A stretch of 64,000 nucleotides of DNA, from positions 21,735 to 85,734 of the forward strand of contig JAZQYJ010000063.1 of assembly GCA_045633465.1 (NCBI GenBank), given 5' to 3'. The notes under the pieces are model-generated. The model searched no databases. It saw only the letters and a list, made by a program, of their open reading frames with translations, and was not told the DNA's origin. The position numbers and the translations under genes were made by a program. Source of the DNA: Alistipes sp. Lineage in GTDB: Bacteria > Bacteroidota > Bacteroidia > Bacteroidales > Rikenellaceae. Positions 57,580-64,000 of this stretch are shown here, one piece after another; position 1 is the stretch's first letter; every line of letters starts with the position of its first letter.

Positions 57580-58722
57580 TTATTTCTTAATCATCGAAGA
57601 GAACTTAACCTTGCGTGGAGCAAGCTGCATCTTTGCGTGCTTTGCAAACTTTGCACCTGTCGAGAGCTTGTTCAACGACCAACCGCCAGCCTCAACCACT
57701 GTAAGTGGTGCATTGCAAGTACCGGTAACCTTGTGTCCGAGGTCGTCAACAGCATTGATAACAACTGTGCCCATTCCCTCTTCGCCTTCTGTCAAAACTA
57801 CGCTACCCGATACAAGAGCTGCCATAGCATCTGGATCAGAGTTCTCGTCGAGGTGCGTCCACCACGAACCAACCAAGGCATATGTGTAAGCGCAAGGATA
57901 TCCAATAAGTGCGCACTCTTTGGTCAAATCGCCCGAAATAGCGTATGTTCCGGCAGGGCTTGCCTTTGCAGGATCTACGAGAAGCCAGATGTAGAACTCG
58001 TCACCCGAATCATAGTCGTCAACATAGAGGAACCACAAGTTCTTACCAACAACCAAGTAGTCACCATAAGGGTCTGCATAAATCTCGCTCTCGCCGGTGA
58101 ATGGAACATTCAAGTCGTCGGTCAAAGTGGTTACTGACTGAGGCATTGCGCCCAAACCCCAAGATTGTGAGTTATCAACCAAATTGTTAGGGCACTGTAC
58201 ATGGTAAACCTTACCGTCCTCAGCTGTGAGCACAGCGTCGATGAGGGCGTCGGTAACAGTTACTGTACCGCTTGCAAAGAATACCTCTTCAACGCCATTG
58301 TCCTCATCTACGAGGTAAAGGCAAGTGTACTCAGTTCCCATAGTACCGGCCGCTGTTGTATTCTCTGTGTCGAGAGTGTAGACACCATTAGGAGCCTTGA
58401 AAGTCAAGCTGTAATTTGCAGATGGAGCACCAGCAAAGATGTCAAGTGAAAGATACTGCGCACTTGGCTTGAAATCAACGCCAGCCGAATAGGGGTCGTA
58501 AACATTTTTGTGGTTAGACAAAATTACATTGTAGTTGTAAGAGTCTGGTACCTCTGAGTACTGTACATCAAAATAGGCTCCACCAACCTCAGACAATACG
58601 AGGTCAACATCGTGCTTATCGCAAGGTTGAACAGGGTCATTCCCCCCCCCATTTGGGTTGTCCGGATTACAGCCTACCAACGCGAAGACTGCCAAAAGTG
58701 CAAGTGTAAAGATCTTTTTCAT
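57580..58722 (-). CDS. Hypothetical lipoprotein (two beta-rich domains + basic tail)
   Basis: LVGC lipobox, acidic beta-rich body, Lys-rich C-terminus. Confidence 0.85.
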   Translation of the reverse strand: MKKIFTLALLAVFALVGCNPDNPNGGGNDPVQPCDKHDVDLVLSEVGGAYFDVQYSEVPDSYNYNVILSNHKNVYDPYSAGVDFKPSAQYLSLDIFAGAPSANYSLTFKAPNGVYTLDTENTTAAGTMGTEYTCLYLVDEDNGVEEVFFASGTVTVTDALIDAVLTAEDGKVYHVQCPNNLVDNSQSWGLGAMPQSVTTLTDDLNVPFTGESEIYADPYGDYLVVGKNLWFLYVDDYDSGDEFYIWLLVDPAKASPAGTYAISGDLTKECALIGYPCAYTYALVGSWWTHLDENSDPDAMAALVSGSVVLTEGEEGMGTVVINAVDDLGHKVTGTCNAPLTVVEAGGWSLNKLSTGAKFAKHAKMQLAPRKVKFSSMIKK

Positions 58723-59206
58723 AGCATTAAAATTTTTAAGTTGTTAATAGTATATATTATAAATTGTAATCCAAAATTTTGGTCGCTGAAAAAATATGCA
58801 AAAACCTATTTTGTGGCGAATAATTTTCCGTTGCTTTTGCAAATTTAGACAGAATTTTTCATTTTGCAAATTTTTTATTAATTATTTTTCTGCCCACCAA
58901 CAGCCCTTAAAGTGCCATTTTGTAGGTGTTTTTGCTCTTTTTCGATGTGTTGTACCTCTGTGCAGCGCTTATTCAATTACAAATTGTAATCAAAACAGGG
59001 CGAATCCCTAAAAAATTATAATTTTGAAAAATCTTCAATCTTTCCTTTTTTTGTCAAAAATGTAACAAAGAGCAAAAAAGGCAAAAAAAATCTTTCAGAA
59101 ATTTGTGTTTTTCAAAGAAAAAATCACTATTTTTGTTATTTGTAAGATGTTGGATAAACTACACACACAATAAATTTCATTTTAATTAACTAAAAATCAA
59201 ACCATT

Positions 59207-61936
59207 ATGACAAATGTAAAGCGCGTCTATTTCTTCGGTAACAAAGAGGCCGAGGGAAATGGCAAGATGAGAGAGTTGCTCGGCGGTAAGGGTGCAAACC
59301 TCGCCGAGATGAACCTTATTGGTATTCCGGTACCTCCGGGATTTACCATCACTACCGATGTTTGTACAGAGTACTACCAGCACGGTCAGGCTGCTGTTAT
59401 CGAGTTGCTTCGTCCGGATGTTGAAGCTGCAATCAAGCGTGTTGAGGCTTTGACAGGTCGTAAGTTCGGTGACAAGGAGTTGCCACTCCTCGTTTCGGTT
59501 CGTTCGGGTGCTCGTGCTTCGATGCCGGGTATGATGGATACTATCCTCAACCTCGGTATGAACGACGAGGCTGTTGAGGCTGTTGCTCAGTTGTCGGGTA
59601 ACCCACGCTTCGCTTGGGACTCGTACCGTCGTTTCGTACAGATGTACGGTGATGTTGTTCTCGGAATGAAGCCGGTTTCAAAGGAGGATCAGGACCCATT
59701 CGAGGTTATCATCGACGAGTTGAAGGAGGAGCGCGGTGTTGCTATGGATACCGACCTCACAACCGAGGACTTGAAGGTTTTGGTTGCTAAGTTCAAGGCT
59801 GCTGTTAAGGAGCAGACCGGTTCGGACTTCCCAGTAAACCCTTGGGATCAGCTCTGGGGTGCTATCTGCGCAGTATTCGGATCGTGGATGAACGAGCGCG
59901 CTATTCTTTATCGTAAGTTGAACAATATCCCGGCAGAGTGGGGTACAGCAGTAAATGTTCAGGCGATGGTATTCGGTAACATGGGTGACAGCTCGGCTAC
60001 CGGTGTTGCTTTCTCGCGTGACGCTGCTACCGGTGAGAACATCTTCAATGGTGAGTACCTCATCAACGCACAGGGTGAGGACGTTGTGGCTGGTATCCGT
60101 ACTCCACAGCAGATCACTATCGAGGGTTCGCGTCGTTGGGCTAAGGCTCAGAACATCTCGGAGGAGGATCGTGTATCGAAGTATCCTTCACTCGAAGAGG
60201 TTATGCCAGAGGTTTACAAGGAGTTGGACGAGATTCAGCACCACTTGGAGGAGTATTTTACCGATATGCAGGACATCGAGTTCACAATTCAGGACGGTAA
60301 GCTCTGGATGTTGCAGTGCCGTAACGGTAAGCGTACCGGTGCCGCAATGGTGAAGATTGCAATGGATATGTTGGCTGAGGGCTTGATCGACGAGCAGACA
60401 GCAGTATTGCGCTGCGAGCCTGAGAAACTCGACGAGTTGCTCCACCCAGTATTCGACAAGACCGCTATCAAGAATGCAAAGGTTATCGTTAAGGGCTTGC
60501 CTGCTTCGCCAGGTGCTGCTACCGGTCCGGTTGTATTCTTCGCTGACGACGCCGAGAAGGTTCTCGCAGAGACAGGTCAGAAGGCTATTTTGGTTCGTAT
60601 CGAGACTTCGCCAGAGGATTTGAAGGGTATGCTCGATGCGGCAGGTATCCTCACCGCTCGTGGTGGTATGACTTCGCACGCAGCAGTAGTTGCTCGTGGT
60701 ATGGGTAAGTGCTGTGTATCGGGTGCAGGTGAGTTGGATATCGACTACAAGGCTCGTACTATCAAGATTAACGGCTTGACCATCAAGGAGGGCGATTGGA
60801 TTTCGTTGAACGGTTCGACTGGTGAGGTTTACCTCGGTCAGGTTGCAACTCAGGAGGCTTCGCTCGATGGCGACTTCGGTAAGTTGATGGAGTTGGCTGG
60901 CAAGTATGCTAAGTTGAAGGTTCGTGCTAACGCTGATACTCCACGCGACGCTGAGCAGGCATTCGCATTCGGTGCAGAGGGTATCGGTCTTTGCCGTACA
61001 GAGCACATGTTCTTCGAGGGTGACCGTATCAAGGCTATCCGTGAGATGATTTTGGCTGACGATGAGGATGGTCGTCGTGTAGCGTTGGCTAAGTTGCTCC
61101 CTATGCAGCGTGGTGACTTCGAGGGCTTGTTCAAGGTTATGAAGGGCTATCCAGTTATCGTTCGTTTGCTCGATCCACCATTGCACGAGTTCGTTCCTCA
61201 CACAGAGAAGGAGCAGAAGGAGTTGGCAGCAGAGTTGGGCGTATCATACGAGAAGGTTGCTGCAAAGGTTGAGTCGTTGCACGAGGTTAACCCTATGCTC
61301 GGTCACCGTGGTTGCCGTCTTGGTAACACCTATCCAGAGATTACCGAGATGCAGGCACGCGCTATCATCGAGGCTGCAATGAATGTTAAGGCTACTGGCG
61401 TACCTGTAAAGGTTGAGATTATGGTTCCACTCGTAGGTAACCACAAGGAGTTGCGCTACCAGAAGAATGTAATCGATGAGACCGCTAACGCAGTATTCGC
61501 AGAGCGTAACGATAAGATTGACTACTTGGTAGGTACAATGATCGAGGTTCCTCGTGCTGCTGTAACTGCTAACCAGATTGCAGAGGTTGCAGAGTTCTTC
61601 TCGTTCGGTACTAACGACCTTACTCAGATGACTCTCGGCTTCTCGCGTGACGATATCGCTAAGTTCCTCCCTGTATACCTCGACAAGAACATCATCAAGG
61701 CGGATCCATTCAAGGTTCTCGACCGCAATGGTGTAGGTCAGTTGGTACGCGAGGCAGTTATGAAGGGCCGTTCGACTCGTCTCGACTTGAAGTGCGGTAT
61801 CTGCGGTGAGCACGGTGGTGAGCCATCGTCGGTAGAGTTCTGCCACTACGCAGGTCTTAACTATGTAAGCTGCTCTCCATTCCGTGTGCCTATCGCACGA
61901 TTGGCTGCGGCTCACGCTGCTCTCAAAGAGAAATAA
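59207..61936 (+). CDS. ppdK: Pyruvate, phosphate dikinase
   Basis: [25 protein letters not shown] (phospho-His), [24 protein letters not shown]. Confidence 0.98.
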   Translation: MTNVKRVYFFGNKEAEGNGKMRELLGGKGANLAEMNLIGIPVPPGFTITTDVCTEYYQHGQAAVIELLRPDVEAAIKRVEALTGRKFGDKELPLLVSVRSGARASMPGMMDTILNLGMNDEAVEAVAQLSGNPRFAWDSYRRFVQMYGDVVLGMKPVSKEDQDPFEVIIDELKEERGVAMDTDLTTEDLKVLVAKFKAAVKEQTGSDFPVNPWDQLWGAICAVFGSWMNERAILYRKLNNIPAEWGTAVNVQAMVFGNMGDSSATGVAFSRDAATGENIFNGEYLINAQGEDVVAGIRTPQQITIEGSRRWAKAQNISEEDRVSKYPSLEEVMPEVYKELDEIQHHLEEYFTDMQDIEFTIQDGKLWMLQCRNGKRTGAAMVKIAMDMLAEGLIDEQTAVLRCEPEKLDELLHPVFDKTAIKNAKVIVKGLPASPGAATGPVVFFADDAEKVLAETGQKAILVRIETSPEDLKGMLDAAGILTARGGMTSHAAVVARGMGKCCVSGAGELDIDYKARTIKINGLTIKEGDWISLNGSTGEVYLGQVATQEASLDGDFGKLMELAGKYAKLKVRANADTPRDAEQAFAFGAEGIGLCRTEHMFFEGDRIKAIREMILADDEDGRRVALAKLLPMQRGDFEGLFKVMKGYPVIVRLLDPPLHEFVPHTEKEQKELAAELGVSYEKVAAKVESLHEVNPMLGHRGCRLGNTYPEITEMQARAIIEAAMNVKATGVPVKVEIMVPLVGNHKELRYQKNVIDETANAVFAERNDKIDYLVGTMIEVPRAAVTANQIAEVAEFFSFGTNDLTQMTLGFSRDDIAKFLPVYLDKNIIKADPFKVLDRNGVGQLVREAVMKGRSTRLDLKCGICGEHGGEPSSVEFCHYAGLNYVSCSPFRVPIARLAAAHAALKEK

Positions 61937-61952
61937 AATTATCTCTCTGCAT

Positions 61953-61984
61953 AAAAAGGTGTCGCAAAAAGCGACACCTTTTTT
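61953..61984 (+). terminator. Intrinsic terminator
   Basis: aaaaaggtgtcgc-aaaaa-gcgacaccttttt. Confidence 0.88.
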
Positions 61985-62053
61985 GTTGGAAAATAACTCA
62001 ATCATTGACAGTTTTGAATAAATGGTAGGAGACAATAACCAACGGCTAATAGC

Positions 62054-62080
62054 AAAAAAGGCTTGCAGCTCTGCAAGCCT
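62054..62080 (-). terminator. Intrinsic terminator of the rnpA-yidD unit
   Basis: aaaaaa-ggcttgcag-ct-ctgcaagcc. Confidence 0.75.
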
Positions 62081-62092
62081 ATACTATATATA

Positions 62093-62353
62093 TTACGGTA
62101 CGGGGTCGTAGCCCGAGCCGCCCCACGGATGACAACGGGCGATGCGTTTGGCTCCAAGCCAGCACCCCTTGATTACGCCATATTTGCGGATTGCTTCGAG
62201 CGTGTATTGCGAGCAAGTTGGCGTGTAGCGACACGCTGTGGGTGTAAGGGGTGAGATACACTTCTGATAGAAGCGAATCAACCCTATAAATGGTAGCGCC
62301 ACAATGCGACGGCAACTATTTAGCAAGGATTTCCAAAATGCGTTTTGTGGCAT
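62093..62353 (-). CDS. yidD: Membrane protein insertion efficiency factor (start uncertain)
   Basis: [32 protein letters not shown]. Confidence 0.92.
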   Translation of the reverse strand: MPQNAFWKSLLNSCRRIVALPFIGLIRFYQKCISPLTPTACRYTPTCSQYTLEAIRKYGVIKGCWLGAKRIARCHPWGGSGYDPVP

Positions 62354-62678
62354 TCTCGATAGTTTTATAGTCGACAACCTCCTTCGAGGAGTAGATGAGG
62401 GCAACTTGCATAGCTCGTGGCTCGTGGCTCGAAAGTAGCAACGCCTTGTTTAGGCGATAAGCCTCGCGCATACGACGACGCACCTTGTTGCGCCTATTTG
62501 CTCGTTTGAGGAACTTTTTGGGTGTCGAGAAGAGAATTTCGGCGCTCATCTCCTCGGCTCCCTCGGCATACACCACATAGCGCAACGGATAGACAAAGCC
62601 TCCGCGCCCCTCGGTAAAGAGGCGACGAATTGCCCCAAACGAGTGCAATTTCTCCGACTTGGGCAGTTTGCAATCCAT
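62316..62678 (-). CDS. rnpA: Ribonuclease P protein component
   Basis: [25 protein letters not shown] (RNR motif). Confidence 0.92.
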   Translation of the reverse strand: MDCKLPKSEKLHSFGAIRRLFTEGRGGFVYPLRYVVYAEGAEEMSAEILFSTPKKFLKRANRRNKVRRRMREAYRLNKALLLSSHEPRAMQVALIYSSKEVVDYKTIENATKRILEILAK

Positions 62679-62695
62679 TGGCGTGTTTTTGCTGA

Positions 62696-63544
62696 TTATT
62701 TCTTTGTGCGACCCTTCTTTGCGAGTCGGCTCTGCTGTGTGCGTAGGAACTCCTCCTTGCGCTCATCATCCACGAAGGCAACATCTTCAACCTTCTCACC
62801 CTTGCGGATGTGCTGAATGTAGAGATCTACCGCCTTTGCGAGCGATGGGGCAGCGGGTGTTGGGGCGTTAGCCTTAACATGAATGCCGCTCTCGGTTGCG
62901 AGTTTGAGCGTACCTTCGCCGAATGTGGCGATTGTAGGCATCTCCTCGACAGCCATCTTCTCGCAGATGCTCTTAACATCCCATGGCGAGTAGAGCAACA
63001 CCATATCGTACTCCTTCAACTTCTCTGCCGAGATGTCGGTGGCTACCGTACGGGCCAAGATGATTGGCGAGTAGTTGATGTTGAGGCGAGTGAGAGCCTC
63101 CGGAATCTCCGGCTTATGAGGCTCGGAGAGCGAGAGCAACATCTTCTCGGCCTTGTTCTTTACGACGAGTTCGATAAGTCCTTGGAACGAGCCGTCAGCA
63201 AACGAAATCTTGCGCTTGCGATATACTATATACTTTTGTAGGTAGAGGGCGATGCTCTCGGTCGAGCAGATATATTTCATTGTCTCGGGTACGGTGATGC
63301 GGGCATCTTCGCAGATGTGGAAGAAGCTGTCAATGGTGGTACGCGAGGTGAATATCACTGCCGTATGGTCGAGAATATTTATGCGCTGACTGCGAAACTC
63401 CTTTGGAGTAACGCCAATAACCTTAATCAGTGGGTTGTAGTCGATTTCTACGCCAAGGCGCTTCGACAACTCAAAAAAAGGCGACTTCTCGATAATTGGA
63501 GGAGCCGGTTGCGCAACAAGAATTTTCTTTATATTATTGTTCAT
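62696..63544 (-). CDS. hemD: Uroporphyrinogen-III synthase-like protein
   Basis: IKKILVAQP, AVIFTSR, YLQKYIVYRKRKI, APSL; Bacteroidetes HemD pattern. Confidence 0.8.
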   Translation of the reverse strand: MNNNIKKILVAQPAPPIIEKSPFFELSKRLGVEIDYNPLIKVIGVTPKEFRSQRINILDHTAVIFTSRTTIDSFFHICEDARITVPETMKYICSTESIALYLQKYIVYRKRKISFADGSFQGLIELVVKNKAEKMLLSLSEPHKPEIPEALTRLNINYSPIILARTVATDISAEKLKEYDMVLLYSPWDVKSICEKMAVEEMPTIATFGEGTLKLATESGIHVKANAPTPAAPSLAKAVDLYIQHIRKGEKVEDVAFVDDERKEEFLRTQQSRLAKKGRTKK

Positions 63545-63565
63545 ATCTTCACTCTCTGTTGGAGC

Positions 63566-64000
63566 CTATCCACGCACTATCGGAGCCAGTAGCAACGATA
63601 TCGGGAAGATTTCCAGGGCGCAAAGATACAAAATCCAATGGAAAATAGAAAATCTTTCGGTTCGAAAGAGCAAAAAAGTCTCTTTGACGAACGAAATGAG
63701 CGTTAAGAAACAGACTGCAATAGAGGTATAAAGGGCAATTTTCACCCCCAAGCCATCGGTTAACAGAGCAAGAATAAGTAGCGGTGAAAGCAGTATTATG
63801 GTGATGCTGAAATGGAGCAGTTTTGTGTGCCAAATTGTATTGCAAGCATCGTTGCGACCGCTTATCGCTCCAACAACATACAACAAGACTCTCTCTCCGA
63901 ACATTGTGGCAAAAATCGCCACAAATGCCATACCCCCTAACCACCATACCGAAGATGAGGCAAGCGCCGAGAAGAGGTGCTTTGTTTCGCCCCAAGCCGA
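63566..64000 (-). CDS. Membrane protein, DUF4271-like (5' end outside the window)
   Basis: Frame is open to the window end; C-terminal FHWILYLCALEIFP motif; upstream of hemD. Confidence 0.7.
   Translation of the reverse strand, partial: SAWGETKHLFSALASSSVWWLGGMAFVAIFATMFGERVLLYVVGAISGRNDACNTIWHTKLLHFSITIILLSPLLILALLTDGLGVKIALYTSIAVCFLTLISFVKETFLLFRTERFSIFHWILYLCALEIFPISLLLAPIVRG

Noticed and set aside
58723-59206. Long AT-rich intergenic region as an alternative origin or ncRNA
   Set aside because: It contains divergent TAnnTTTG promoters but no tandem DnaA-box/trio arrangement and no convincing RNA structure.

Overview
64 kb of mostly housekeeping chromosome from a Bacteroidales bacterium, probably Rikenellaceae/Alistipes-like. 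This is inferred from TAnnTTTG -7 promoters, AT-rich leaders without SD sites, futalosine-pathway genes and the rnpA-yidD-hemD order. It holds about 45 CDSs, including prfC, nadB/nadA, mqnB/mqnD, metY-metX-hom, a System II cytochrome c maturation plus triheme peroxidase cassette, Stealth-GT2-Stealth, mnmA, galE, deoC, metG, ilvE, mnmG, ybeY, pheS, ppdK and rnpA. It also holds tRNA-His, tRNA-Cys and a cobalamin riboswitch. No CRISPR array, prophage or transposase was seen. The most informative signals are non-coding: (1) a probable oriC between nadA and mrp, with three parS-like palindromes about 9 kb away; (2) a near-identical ~45 bp cassette of four heptamer repeats fused to a -7 box, in front of three unrelated genes (prfC, nadB, metG); (3) a WYL regulator flanked by two copies of an operator-like motif and divergent from a stand-alone DprA/SLOG-like gene; (4) several small palindromic elements (RPE-like, REP-like, tRNA-linked) and many 7-mer microarrays at gene ends. 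All calls come from reading the sequence; no searches were run.
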